From an uncultured virus (IMG/VR IMGVR_UViG_3300035183_001077) (lineage: Duplodnaviria; Heunggongvirae; Uroviricota; Caudoviricetes), in the IMG/VR virus record IMGVR_UViG_3300035183_001077: a stretch of DNA of 64,000 nucleotides; one strand, 5' to 3'. The notes below the pieces were generated by a model. That model saw only the letters and a program-made list of their open reading frames with translations, did not search any database and had not been told where the DNA came from. Positions 25,810-36,911 of this stretch are shown here, piece by piece; the stretch's first letter is position 1, and the number at the start of each line of letters is the position of its first letter. A program made the position numbers and the translations under genes.

Positions 25810-28800
25810 TTATGGATACCATTGGTTCTGGCGTCTCATAGATTCTTTCCTTCTAGATAAGACGCGGAGTTCATCAGTCAGGTAATCTGAGAACATTCTT
25901 TTTAATTTGTTTGCGTTAGCATCTTCTGATTGTAACTGATTTATTCTTACTAAGAATCTATAAAAATCATCGTGTACTTTTTTAGCAGTTTCTAGATCTT
26001 TAACATTCCTGCTTTGTTCAACGAATGCTTTAGCTTCGTTAATTATTTCATAAAAAGTTTTTTCTTGTTTACCTTCTTTATCCCTAAATACTGTTTCAGC
26101 TAGTTGTCTTGGTGTTCCGGTTATCTTATCATGATGTGCAGCTGAAATCACTTCTGTCAGAAACTCTCCAATATCTTTTCTTACTATTCTGCCATAGTTT
26201 TCATCGAAATCTTTCAATTTTTTCTTAAGTTCTCTAGTAGCTGATGCCGATTCTATTTTATTTGCTGTGTCTTCTATTTCGTATGTTATTTTTCTATGTT
26301 GCTCTTCTAAACTTCGTGCGGTATACAGAATTCTTTCAATATCAGAACCCAATAAGCCTGTTAATCTCTTTGCCGTTGCTGTATCCAAGCTGCGAACATC
26401 TTCCAGTGCTGCCCTTACAGCATTCATAGCATTACCAGCAGCTTTCCATTTTTCTCGAAATGCTCCTATCTGATAATCTGGTTTAAATTGAGGGGGTAGA
26501 GTTGCAAAGGCGGCTTCGGCTCGGAGATCAAAAGCATAGCCTGTACCGGAAATTGTTTGAGCATACTGACTCAAAACTCTCGCCGTCAGTAAATTAGGTA
26601 TTGCATGGCCTCCACGCACTACAGCGTCATCAGGAAGTTGATTCAAATATTCTATATACCCATGTAAGCCATATTCATTATTCCTGTCTAGCAGGCGATT
26701 AATAGAATAGTGCCACGCCCTATAATCTGGAACATCTCTATATTGCAATGTTCCAAATCCAAAGAATGGTGATTGTGGTGGATATCTCTTAGAATCAATT
26801 ACTTTTTCTAGACGTTCTACCTGTTCCCTAGCACTTGCTATTATATTGTTTTTCCTTCCCCGCAGTACAACATTTCCATTTAATTCTGTTCGTTCATCTG
26901 GCGCTATATTGTAGATTCCATTATATTTATCAAGTAAGAAATGAACAGCGTCGTTAATTGTTTCTTCTTTATTTTTATCGTTAACATTTTTAAGCTTTTC
27001 CAATACTTGTAGATGTTCGTTCTCACCGTTATCACCGCGAACATGCCAACCTTCTTCAGGTAATCCTGATCTAAACAATCTTGACCTGGTCGAATATAAC
27101 AAAAGCAACGCCTTGTCATATTCTTCTTCAAACTGGTTATTAGTCAATCCAGCAAGCTTTTCTTGTTTACTATTATAAATTTCCTGATATTTTTGTGCTA
27201 AAGGTATATTTAATCTATTAATTTCATTAATAAAATGCGAGACATTCGTCTCCCCACTTACAAGGTAATCAAAATGCTCTATAAGCTGGTGCTTTTTTCC
27301 CAGATCTCCAGCTGCTGCTTCTGTTAAACTGACAAGGTCTTTTAATTTCTGCTGCTCAGCTTCTGTTATTCTCTGTCCTTTTTTTTGCTTGTCTTGTAAC
27401 TCTTTAGCAAACGTTACCATAGTATTATGAGCTTCTATATATATATCTCTAGATTTATTGTATTCTTCTTGAGAAATACTTAGTAAATCAAAAACCGAAG
27501 AAATTTCTGTAAGTCTTTCCCATGCCTGTCTCGCGTTGCTAGCCGAAAAAACATAAGCAGCTAATCTTTCTTGATTTATACCTAGCTTCAAGAGTTCAAC
27601 AACATCGTTATTCTTTAATTCTCTATTAACGGCGTTAATTCCTAGTTCTTTCAGTACAGCCGTTCGCTTAACCGTTGAAAGAACGCGACCATATGTGTCG
27701 ATATTTGCATCATCTATCGCGAGCGACGTATGTAACTTATTAATATGATCAACAACAGCTTTTTGATATTTATCGTTTTTAGGTAAAGCATCTAGAATTG
27801 TCTTCAATACATCAGTATTTTCTATTTCACCCAGTCCTCTTATACGTCTACCTCCCTCGTTATATCCCGTTAAATATTTACCTATCTCTTCGACATGTTC
27901 AATAAAGTTTTTTGCTTGATCTTTAAACTTATCCGTTCGGTATACTAATTTATCCAGATTAATCTCTTGTAATCTGTTATCTAACAGAATCAGCTCGCTG
28001 AAAACTGATTTTAAATTGTTATTTAATTTTTCCTTAACTTCACCTCTATGATTTTCAGGAACCAGTGTAACCGCTAAATCAGCCAGCCTCTCAACGGAAT
28101 CCGGTTTACTTAAATCAATACCATGTCTCTGCATAAACATAGACCGTAACTCATTAAGGCGTTGATCCACTTCTTTTAATTGATCACCAAAAGATGCCTT
28201 AAATAAACGATAGCCAGATCCATCACTTGCAGAAGAAATAGCTTGTATACCCAGAACATAGAAAGTCTGTTTTAGCCGTAATAATTCAGCATACTCTAAT
28301 AAAGCCAGCTGAGGATTACGTCCATAATTAGCAGTCATAAGTTCAGCTGCAGTTTTTTCTAAAATACCATACCGCCCAAATTGTTCGGCAACATTTAATA
28401 CAATATTACCTGTCCTACCTACAACGGAGGGATGTGCATTAAAATTCCTATACAGATCTAACACACCTACATTTTGCAAAGCCCGCATAGGTTCTGTAAA
28501 ATCACTCTGAGCAACTGAGAGCATCATAGCACTACCTATAGGGTTATTTGGAGCTAACGCCAAACCAGCAAGACCGATAAGCTGATTTCGTTGAATTTGC
28601 CTACCCATAGCCGTAAATAGGATTTCATCCAGAAACCTATTTTTTTCACGATTGGCAGCGTCTCTTAATCCTATAAATAATATGGGCAGAGCGTTATTAC
28701 CTGTATGCAAATTTACCAAAGCCTCTATATGAGCTTTGGGGACATTTTCAAGCAAATGATGGAACCTTTCAGCTTCTTCTTTTAAATTGCCTTTTCGCAC

Positions 28801-30708
28801 ATACGTGCAGCCATAATTAACCATATAAAACGGAAACGTTATAAGAACTGGAATAGCCTCACCCCACGTCTTAGGCGGACTAAGTTCGTGGTGTACTTCT
28901 AATAACATTTCGCTGTATAGTTTAGGGTCGTATCTACCAGTAACCAACGGATCGTATTTGATAACATCTCCAAATAGATGATAAATGTTCAATCCTATAG
29001 CAAATAGAGCTGTATGTACTGGATCAACTATACCCGACAACCCAAGAACTGTTCTAAAAGCATATCCAGCAGCTGCTCTTCCTGCATATCGTATGGCAGA
29101 TTCTGTACCTGCACGTACTATTAAACTTTGCATTCTGTTTTCCATTGCCTGGAAAGCACGTATTCTAAACAACTCAGCAGTCATGTTTCTACCGCCGAAA
29201 TATACAGTTTTAATCATATCAGCTGGTAAAGAACCTACAGTGAAACCGATTATCGTATTTGTAGCGGCACCTAAAGCTTTGGCAAAATTACCTTCCGGAT
29301 GATAATACGCCCTGAGGAATTCGCTAGTAGCAAAATATATAGTAAGAGGATCTAATGCTGAGTGAATAAAATGTCTGGCTAACCAACCACTACCAGTAGC
29401 AAGTTGCCCTGCAAAAGTTTTTGGTTGCGCTGCACGCTCTAAAACTTTTTGCTGCAACTGCGTAAATAATACTGGATTTTCTCTACGAATATCATCTCCA
29501 AATATATGTGCAAAGTCTTTAGGATCAAGTCCTTCAATCTGTGTAATTAGCAAATCAAGATGTCCAAGCACTCTGGCATCTTTAGCATCTTTTACATTTA
29601 ACCATTTTTGTTGAGCTCTTAAAGTATGCACAACCTCTCTTTGTATACTAGACCAGTCGGCCTTATCAACATCAATTTTTCCTAATGTGGCTTTTATAAT
29701 TTGATCTGTTCCAAGCACAGTTCTGCCGGAACTGGTTGGTAATCTAGCTAATTCTATCAAATTGGCTTTGATTGTGTTATTAACCTGCTTTTGACGGGTA
29801 GTTGTAATATTCATCACCAAATCTGCTGGTAATTCATTAATAGCCTCTCTTACTCGTTCAACAGCAGCGCGTCTCGGACCGCTGATAGGCCTATTAATGT
29901 AATCATCAACAACTTTAATAACTTCTCGCTTGTAACTTTCTGCATCTTTACCTGTTTTATCTATACCGTTTATCTTATCAAATATCCTTTTCTCTAAAAC
30001 AGGGTCTGTCCTAAATAGTTGGTTCCACGAATCAAAAAATCCGGATACAGCGACCACACGCTCACCAAAGTGTCTTATAAAAGTATGCTCAACTGGCTCA
30101 GCGACATACTTCCTGATAAGCCAACCAGATCCGATAGCAGAACCTGTTATACCCAAAACATTAAACAAACCAGCAACCTCCAATGGATTTCTAAACCATT
30201 TTTCCCAGTAATCATCAGAAGCAAGAGGTCTAGGTAATTCCACATGTCTGATATTAGCAGGTTTTCTTTGATCGCCAGGCGGTGGCCTCCGAACATCGCC
30301 TGCGAGCATTCGCCCTGCTTCATCACGTTCCTTACGTCCGCGTTCAATAGGTTTTGGTAGTTCCAATTCACCCGCCATTGCTCGTTCTCTTTGTCCAGCA
30401 CCACCATGTTCAGCACCACCGGCAGGTGCAGCAGGTCCAGCCTTTTCTCCTTGATCACCTTCACCAGATGGTACACCACCAATTCCTTTGAAACCACCTG
30501 CTGGAAATCCGCCAAAACCTTCTCCTCCATAAGATCTACTGTACCACGGACTACCCATATTACCAAGACCCGACCAAAATGGATTCAATAATAATTGCGG
30601 TATTTGGGGAAGGGAAATACCTATATTATCACCAAGCGGCAGCCGTGAACCAAACAGACTGTTGAGATTAATTAATTGTAAAGCTGGATTTATGTTAAAT
30701 GGCGTCAT
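25810..30708 (-). CDS. Very large helical protein, probable internal virion/ejection protein
   Basis: 1632-aa ORF; Gly-rich N terminus, hydrophobic helices, long charged helical region. Confidence 0.6.
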   Translation of the reverse strand: MTPFNINPALQLINLNSLFGSRLPLGDNIGISLPQIPQLLLNPFWSGLGNMGSPWYSRSYGGEGFGGFPAGGFKGIGGVPSGEGDQGEKAGPAAPAGGAEHGGAGQRERAMAGELELPKPIERGRKERDEAGRMLAGDVRRPPPGDQRKPANIRHVELPRPLASDDYWEKWFRNPLEVAGLFNVLGITGSAIGSGWLIRKYVAEPVEHTFIRHFGERVVAVSGFFDSWNQLFRTDPVLEKRIFDKINGIDKTGKDAESYKREVIKVVDDYINRPISGPRRAAVERVREAINELPADLVMNITTTRQKQVNNTIKANLIELARLPTSSGRTVLGTDQIIKATLGKIDVDKADWSSIQREVVHTLRAQQKWLNVKDAKDARVLGHLDLLITQIEGLDPKDFAHIFGDDIRRENPVLFTQLQQKVLERAAQPKTFAGQLATGSGWLARHFIHSALDPLTIYFATSEFLRAYYHPEGNFAKALGAATNTIIGFTVGSLPADMIKTVYFGGRNMTAELFRIRAFQAMENRMQSLIVRAGTESAIRYAGRAAAGYAFRTVLGLSGIVDPVHTALFAIGLNIYHLFGDVIKYDPLVTGRYDPKLYSEMLLEVHHELSPPKTWGEAIPVLITFPFYMVNYGCTYVRKGNLKEEAERFHHLLENVPKAHIEALVNLHTGNNALPILFIGLRDAANREKNRFLDEILFTAMGRQIQRNQLIGLAGLALAPNNPIGSAMMLSVAQSDFTEPMRALQNVGVLDLYRNFNAHPSVVGRTGNIVLNVAEQFGRYGILEKTAAELMTANYGRNPQLALLEYAELLRLKQTFYVLGIQAISSASDGSGYRLFKASFGDQLKEVDQRLNELRSMFMQRHGIDLSKPDSVERLADLAVTLVPENHRGEVKEKLNNNLKSVFSELILLDNRLQEINLDKLVYRTDKFKDQAKNFIEHVEEIGKYLTGYNEGGRRIRGLGEIENTDVLKTILDALPKNDKYQKAVVDHINKLHTSLAIDDANIDTYGRVLSTVKRTAVLKELGINAVNRELKNNDVVELLKLGINQERLAAYVFSASNARQAWERLTEISSVFDLLSISQEEYNKSRDIYIEAHNTMVTFAKELQDKQKKGQRITEAEQQKLKDLVSLTEAAAGDLGKKHQLIEHFDYLVSGETNVSHFINEINRLNIPLAQKYQEIYNSKQEKLAGLTNNQFEEEYDKALLLLYSTRSRLFRSGLPEEGWHVRGDNGENEHLQVLEKLKNVNDKNKEETINDAVHFLLDKYNGIYNIAPDERTELNGNVVLRGRKNNIIASAREQVERLEKVIDSKRYPPQSPFFGFGTLQYRDVPDYRAWHYSINRLLDRNNEYGLHGYIEYLNQLPDDAVVRGGHAIPNLLTARVLSQYAQTISGTGYAFDLRAEAAFATLPPQFKPDYQIGAFREKWKAAGNAMNAVRAALEDVRSLDTATAKRLTGLLGSDIERILYTARSLEEQHRKITYEIEDTANKIESASATRELKKKLKDFDENYGRIVRKDIGEFLTEVISAAHHDKITGTPRQLAETVFRDKEGKQEKTFYEIINEAKAFVEQSRNVKDLETAKKVHDDFYRFLVRINQLQSEDANANKLKRMFSDYLTDELRVLSRRKESMRRQNQWYP

Positions 30709-30729
30709 AGATCAAGATATAAAAATATA

Positions 30730-33078
30730 TTACTGATTGCCTCCACCATTACCTCCACCATCTTTCCAAGGCCACCACCACCTTTTACCTTCATTACCTC
30801 CGCCACCACCAGCATTTGCTCCACCACCACCTCCGCCACCACCGGCAGCATTTGCTACTGCATTGTTAAACATTTCAGCTAACTGTCGTGCAGCCTCGTT
30901 AGCTTTTTGCGCTTCAGAAGCTATAGTAGACATATCTTGTTGCCGTTGTTTTGCCATATCGGCAAAAGTTGGTGGCTTAAAATTCCCATCAGTGTGAGTC
31001 GTTTTGCCTGTAAGGAAACCAATATTTATCCCTCTTAGATCGTCGCCCATAGTACCTAATTTAATTATTTCTGATAAATAACCAGCAACTTTAACAGGCT
31101 CACTTGTCATAAGGTAAGTTTGTCCAGTATTCGGTTTTTCAGGTGGTTTTTCAGGAGGCTTGGTAGGAGGTTTATCTGGTTTTGGTACTTCTACAAGCTT
31201 ATCACCAGCCTTTACTGCTTTATCAACAAGTTCTTTCCATGCCGAATAAGAAACAGGATTAAACCTAGGTGCCAAATCACCCAACATACCTATCATCATA
31301 TGCAGGTTAGCGTTAGCCATTACATATTGCCACATTGCCCAGGGATTGCTGGCCATCATCGGGTTGGATCTTAGTGCCTGTCCCATAGCTTCAATTTGGA
31401 TTTTATAAAAATGAATAAACGTTAACATAGCTGCATGTTGGTATGGATCAGCAACATATTGTGAGGCTGCAACATATGACATCTTATATTTGTTATCCTC
31501 TCCAGTTGCTTTAAATTTATCAATTTCTTCTTTTGTTGGTGGTCTGATAATGTGATCCGGTCTGAAAGCAGCGGCTGCTTTTGTCCCATCATTCGTCAGC
31601 ATTTTTCCGAAAGTTCCTGCAGTTACACCTACAGGATTTCCATTTTCATCAACAAGATAAGCGATAGCCCTATTACCGTTGGCATCGCCTGATGGTATGA
31701 CAACAACGGAATATTTTCCAGGATTTTCATGCACTTGTTTGGCAAGTTGATGGAACCGAGGGTCAAGCATTTGTTGAGCAGACTGTAATGGATTATTGGC
31801 AAGACCATATCTGCGATTGAATTCTTGCTGCTTGCGTTGAACAAAACGCGACCAATCTTCATAAACACGAGATGATTTACCTCGACTTAAATCAGCATAA
31901 ATTTTTGAAAGTGTTCTCATTTGAGAAATCAGCTCAAGTTCTGGTCTGTGAAACGTCTCAACGGATAGTGGAAAGCGGTGAACCATTTCTTCAACCTGTT
32001 CAGGATCTTTAATTTCTTGCTTAACGTAGTCTATAGCAAAATCTATTGTAGGAAACTCATCGGTGAACCTTTTATTTCCCCTTAATCTGGCTATTACGTT
32101 AGATTTATCTGCATAAAGTAAAGTCAGCGCAGCCCATAAAACATTCGGATCATTTTCGTTTATATCACCCTTATTTTCAAGAATAAAATCAGCAGCTGCC
32201 TGTAATGTTGCCACTATTTTTTCGTCGTGGGGAATAGCATCTGGAGCCAAGTATTTAAATCTTTCTGGATCACGGCCCAAATAATGTTTAATATATTCCC
32301 AAGTGCGGCGCGCTGGTAACGTTTTTCCGTACCGATAAAGGTAATTACCTACGCGATATTCAGGCCTGCCATATTTTGTAACACTATCAACAAGAAACAT
32401 GAGACCTTCATCAAAACTACGAACTCCCTGTATAAATCTGTTGAAAGCAGGGTCAACTGTATAATCTGTTTTTGGCGGCTCAGGCTCTAATATTTTAGTC
32501 AATCCAGGCCTTAAATCAACAGGAGGGCCACCAGCTAAAATTCTTTCGGCTGTCTTTATATTTATATTTGCGGGATCAATCCTACTTTTGAAATTCAACC
32601 TGCTTACATTTTGAGGCATTGTCATTTGATAAACTTCGTTCAATGCTGACACTACTCTATTTTTTAAATTTTCGTTTTGAGGCTGAGGGGCCTGTACTGA
32701 TTTAGCCATAGCTTGACTTGTTTGTATCTTAGGCTGCGTATTTGATAAAATATTAACTTTAGCCAACCCATTATCCTGGCGGAAATCAGAAGTGTTGTTA
32801 TTTAATACATTCTGACCTCGTGTCAAGCCTGTAGGTAGATTATCTATTTTCATATTATCTACAGCATTGATTTGTGTTTTAGCAGCAGCTGTTTTCGGCC
32901 CTTGAACTGGTTGCTGAGCAGTTTGACCACCCTGACCAATCAACTTTTGTAAAACAGTCAGCATTTGTCTCGCTGTGTTTGGGTTGGCAGATGCCTGCTG
33001 CATTATAGTAGTCAATAACTTATTAACCCAATCCTTGATCGATTGACTTGTTGTTGTATTATCTACTCCTGCTGGCAT
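30730..33078 (-). CDS. Large hypothetical protein, probable virion protein
   Basis: 782-aa ORF; Gln-rich N terminus, Pro/Lys linker, Gly-rich tail. Confidence 0.6.
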   Translation of the reverse strand: MPAGVDNTTTSQSIKDWVNKLLTTIMQQASANPNTARQMLTVLQKLIGQGGQTAQQPVQGPKTAAAKTQINAVDNMKIDNLPTGLTRGQNVLNNNTSDFRQDNGLAKVNILSNTQPKIQTSQAMAKSVQAPQPQNENLKNRVVSALNEVYQMTMPQNVSRLNFKSRIDPANINIKTAERILAGGPPVDLRPGLTKILEPEPPKTDYTVDPAFNRFIQGVRSFDEGLMFLVDSVTKYGRPEYRVGNYLYRYGKTLPARRTWEYIKHYLGRDPERFKYLAPDAIPHDEKIVATLQAAADFILENKGDINENDPNVLWAALTLLYADKSNVIARLRGNKRFTDEFPTIDFAIDYVKQEIKDPEQVEEMVHRFPLSVETFHRPELELISQMRTLSKIYADLSRGKSSRVYEDWSRFVQRKQQEFNRRYGLANNPLQSAQQMLDPRFHQLAKQVHENPGKYSVVVIPSGDANGNRAIAYLVDENGNPVGVTAGTFGKMLTNDGTKAAAAFRPDHIIRPPTKEEIDKFKATGEDNKYKMSYVAASQYVADPYQHAAMLTFIHFYKIQIEAMGQALRSNPMMASNPWAMWQYVMANANLHMMIGMLGDLAPRFNPVSYSAWKELVDKAVKAGDKLVEVPKPDKPPTKPPEKPPEKPNTGQTYLMTSEPVKVAGYLSEIIKLGTMGDDLRGINIGFLTGKTTHTDGNFKPPTFADMAKQRQQDMSTIASEAQKANEAARQLAEMFNNAVANAAGGGGGGGGANAGGGGGNEGKRWWWPWKDGGGNGGGNQ

Positions 33079-33081
33079 AGT

Positions 33082-35478
33082 TTATACCGTCTTGAATGAT
33101 AATGTAAGAATTACCTTCTGTTCTATGGTTGCCACAAATATATTATCGCTAGCTACTTGATGCACTGGCGATATATTAATAATTTCCGGAGCCATCAATA
33201 CAGCAAATCCCAACCTCTTGGAAATAATCCGCCTAATATATTGTAAATATTTTTGTATTTCTGCGGCTAAAACGACAGTAGCATAATATTCATAATTATA
33301 AATAAAAATACGAGCAGCTCCCTGGATATGAAGCAGGTTGGTATGCTTATCAAATTCAGAAACTGCAGTTTTTGATAATTTTGTGCCTATTCCTGGTTTT
33401 TGTTCTTTTAATTCAGATCTGTGGACATAAATAGCTGGCACATTTCCTTCTACCAGTGTAACTTCACCAGGCCATAGTTCAATTCTTAAGTTATCTGGGT
33501 AAATATAGTCTTTGGTACTTTCTCTAAATATTCGATAAGAAGCATCACTGAAATAATATCTGAGTAATGGAACGTACACGCCATATATTTCATAGAATGA
33601 TATAAATCTTGGCGGCTGCGGTAAAAACCAGCATGTCAGTTCCGGAGGTATTGGTAATGTACGTATTGATGTGATCGTGAGGAATAATTGCTGGTCCTTG
33701 ATACGGAATATATGCCTGGCCGTCGTATATACGTTGCTGGAAATATTAAATTGGTAGGGCTGTACTTCTAACCTTTTTTCCCGTCGCAAATAGGCTGGGC
33801 TGGAAACCAATAAGAATTGTTTTGAAATCAGGTTTTCTATCAGAGATAATTTAAATGATGCTTCAGAATTGATCGTAAAAGCAAACCATGATAGATGACC
33901 AATAACAGAACGTATCAAGTATGGCTGACTATAGAAATAATAATGGTACGGCGCGGTTATTAATGACTTACCTTTACGAAGATTAACAACTGATTGTAAA
34001 CTGAAATTGTAAGTTTGTAATATTTCTTTAATTTTTAGTTTAAAGTCTGCTTGTGATTGTAAGTAGAAGTTCTTGCTTGAAGAGATATTAAATATTCTAT
34101 TAAATTCAAGAATGGCTGAAGAAGTAATATTGAAGTTCAGAATTATATGAACTGATTTACCCACAGATGCATTAACCGATGATGATAAACTAAAGCCATA
34201 ATATAATAGCGGCTCTACTCTGCTATATTTGAAATTTATTACTGAAGATAAAGTCAGACTGGTATAGCTAACGTTATATATAATCTGTCTATTCAGTAGA
34301 ATATTTGAGCTTAATACAAATGTGTATTGAGCTTTCACTGCTTTTGTAATTAATAAATTCAAATTTGAAGATAATACAAACGTATAAAACGGTCTTATTA
34401 ATGAATTTCTCAATAATCGTACTTGAGAATTTACTAAAAACGTTGTTGTAGAAACACCGCCCATCAAGGATAGTAAACAATTTATTCCAGGACCAGATAA
34501 AGTAAAATTATAACTTTGATATTTTTTAAAGCGACCAAATGTTGTGCTTGATTGCAGTGTAAATAAATATTTTTGTATACCAAACAATTTCGTCGTAAGC
34601 AAAGTAACTGGTGGGTAAATTAAAAACAAATCCAATTTTTTAGCCTGATTAATATCCAGGCTTGTATGAGAGAATAGACTAAAAGATGTAGCATTGATTT
34701 TAATATGGTAATTTCTTCTAAATTCTATTTCTGGAAATGACAGGCTGAAGAAACGTACAAGAGCTACAAATTTCTTTTTTTGCAATAGGAAAGCAGATGA
34801 TAGTAGATGAAACGTATATTGGTTAATACGGTAACTTAAATGAAATAAAATTTGGTTTGCCAGTAATCCAAAGTTATAGACATTTGTAGTTAACCTTCTG
34901 TTAAATAACAAATAACCTGTAGAAGAGAGCTGGAATATCTCTGTGTCTGTAAGTAACAATTTGGTTCTGTAAAAGGTAAGGTTAGAACTTAAATTGAACT
35001 GACCTGAATTGGCAACTATACCGAAGCCAAAAGTGATTTCGGGATAGAAAACATTAAAAGTATGTAAACTGGCACTTACATAATGATGATATAGCAATCT
35101 GGTTGTAGAACTCAAATTAAAGTTGTAAAAAGAATAATTTTTATACCTTGAAAACGTTATAGGTGTAGATGATAAATCAAAGTGCAAAAATAGCACTAAG
35201 TAACTCAAATTAAAATTTAGCTGGCTGGAAATGAAATAAATACGGCCACTAACAAATTTAAAATTTACGATATATTCAGTTGAAGAAGTTAAATTAAATA
35301 TTTTTACAGGAGTATTTAAGTTTCTATAAAAAGATATATTTATAGAGTTTAAGTACAAAAGTTTAGGTTGATATTCCTTATGCCTATAAAAACTTACAGG
35401 AGAAAATGACAAATTGAAATTGATATTAGTAACAAAAAACCTTTTCCCTATTAAGGCATCAGGAAATGTTAGTTGCAT
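33082..35478 (-). CDS. Repeat-containing structural protein with a C-terminal tail-completion-like domain
   Basis: Many ~31-aa degenerate F.LSS repeats; C-terminal domain resembles 53545..54126. Confidence 0.5.
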   Translation of the reverse strand: MQLTFPDALIGKRFFVTNINFNLSFSPVSFYRHKEYQPKLLYLNSINISFYRNLNTPVKIFNLTSSTEYIVNFKFVSGRIYFISSQLNFNLSYLVLFLHFDLSSTPITFSRYKNYSFYNFNLSSTTRLLYHHYVSASLHTFNVFYPEITFGFGIVANSGQFNLSSNLTFYRTKLLLTDTEIFQLSSTGYLLFNRRLTTNVYNFGLLANQILFHLSYRINQYTFHLLSSAFLLQKKKFVALVRFFSLSFPEIEFRRNYHIKINATSFSLFSHTSLDINQAKKLDLFLIYPPVTLLTTKLFGIQKYLFTLQSSTTFGRFKKYQSYNFTLSGPGINCLLSLMGGVSTTTFLVNSQVRLLRNSLIRPFYTFVLSSNLNLLITKAVKAQYTFVLSSNILLNRQIIYNVSYTSLTLSSVINFKYSRVEPLLYYGFSLSSSVNASVGKSVHIILNFNITSSAILEFNRIFNISSSKNFYLQSQADFKLKIKEILQTYNFSLQSVVNLRKGKSLITAPYHYYFYSQPYLIRSVIGHLSWFAFTINSEASFKLSLIENLISKQFLLVSSPAYLRREKRLEVQPYQFNISSNVYTTARHIFRIKDQQLFLTITSIRTLPIPPELTCWFLPQPPRFISFYEIYGVYVPLLRYYFSDASYRIFRESTKDYIYPDNLRIELWPGEVTLVEGNVPAIYVHRSELKEQKPGIGTKLSKTAVSEFDKHTNLLHIQGAARIFIYNYEYYATVVLAAEIQKYLQYIRRIISKRLGFAVLMAPEIINISPVHQVASDNIFVATIEQKVILTLSFKTV

Positions 35479-35480
35479 GA

Positions 35481-35780
35481 TTATCCAGTAATTGTAAATA
35501 TAATTCGTTTGGCTTTGAGTTTAACTGCTGGTTTCAATAATATAAATCCTTTAGCTTGTACCTTAATCGCCAACTTATATGTACCGGCAACTCTATTAAA
35601 ATTGAATATTTTTAAACTTGGTTTTACAGTTCTTCTTAACATCGTAGGCTGAAAAATTAACGATAATTTCATACCGGATGTTAAATCAGCATTACCTGCT
35701 ATCAGGCTAGTCTGAAATGCTTTGAACTGGTAATCAGGAATAATTAAACCAGTTTGAAATATAGTATAACAGAAAGCCAT
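35481..35780 (-). CDS. Hypothetical protein
   Basis: 99-aa ORF in a tightly packed operon. Confidence 0.6.
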   Translation of the reverse strand: MAFCYTIFQTGLIIPDYQFKAFQTSLIAGNADLTSGMKLSLIFQPTMLRRTVKPSLKIFNFNRVAGTYKLAIKVQAKGFILLKPAVKLKAKRIIFTITG

Positions 35781-35783
35781 TTT

Positions 35784-36908
35784 TTATTTATAAATAATAT
35801 CGTTATTCATGCCGACTAATATCCTCTTGTTATCATTGGACGGGATCTGCTCAGGTTCAATTACCCTACCATAAGACAAAAACATATCATAAATATACTG
35901 ACCAGGAATATAGTATAAAAGAGGAGGGTTCATGTCATAAGGACTGGCAGCCATTGGTTCCGGTGGGATGTTTTCATCGAAGCAGAAAAGTTGTAATCCA
36001 TGATAGTAATTATCATTAGTCGGTGGCACAATGTCAGAATAAGTAACTGCTTCATCATCTTTATAAGGTAAAAATGTACCAATTTTAGTTGTAATCTTGC
36101 AATTCCTGATACCTCGTGAAACCGAAGATCTAGAAATATCAAATGGTAACACGTCCTCTCCTTTTAAGTATATAGACATGAAAAGATACGTATTATAATA
36201 TATCGGAGATGCCGAACTGGGAAGACGAAAAGGAGAAGGTAGTAAAATATATTTATTATGAGAAACTAAATAAGCATTAGCATAACCAGGTCCTATATGC
36301 AAAACTATTGCCGCCCAGAAATTTGATAGTGCAGGAAGATTCGGGAAAATACTATAATAGTAATTCTTATCAATTATTTTAGCAAATCCAAAAATTATTG
36401 CAAATTTACGAGTACCTACAAGTATATCGCCTGGTGTGATTGGACTCTGACCCTGCTCCTTACCAGGAGCAGTAAAATATCTGAACATAGAACCAAAACT
36501 AACTATCGTGTCAAAATTTGGAGCCAAAGACGGTTTCAATAATGTACGACTAAGAATAGCAGCTTGAGCTGGGATAGTTACGTTGTCTCTACTAAAAAAA
36601 GTGGTAGTAATAGAAAAATTAAGATGGTTATATATTGATCCGGATTGAGCCCAGAATTCTGTTGAGCTCGAATTGTGCATTCCAGAGTAATAATATGTTT
36701 TGCCAATATATTTCTGCTTTAAATACTGAACTGGATCAGGAATATGATGAAAGCTATACTTATTTATTTTGATTAAACTACTTATTGGGTCTACATCCAT
36801 TCTATTCCAATGAAAATCTTTGATAAGCTTCATATAAACAGCATCACTGGTAGCTTGAGGTGTACAGGAATAATAACTCCAATTTCTAATATATCTATGA
36901 CAAAACAT
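35784..36908 (-). CDS. Hypothetical protein, possible tail-associated
   Basis: 374-aa ORF in the structural cluster. Confidence 0.6.
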   Translation of the reverse strand: MFCHRYIRNWSYYSCTPQATSDAVYMKLIKDFHWNRMDVDPISSLIKINKYSFHHIPDPVQYLKQKYIGKTYYYSGMHNSSSTEFWAQSGSIYNHLNFSITTTFFSRDNVTIPAQAAILSRTLLKPSLAPNFDTIVSFGSMFRYFTAPGKEQGQSPITPGDILVGTRKFAIIFGFAKIIDKNYYYSIFPNLPALSNFWAAIVLHIGPGYANAYLVSHNKYILLPSPFRLPSSASPIYYNTYLFMSIYLKGEDVLPFDISRSSVSRGIRNCKITTKIGTFLPYKDDEAVTYSDIVPPTNDNYYHGLQLFCFDENIPPEPMAASPYDMNPPLLYYIPGQYIYDMFLSYGRVIEPEQIPSNDNKRILVGMNNDIIYK

Positions 36909-36911
36909 AAA

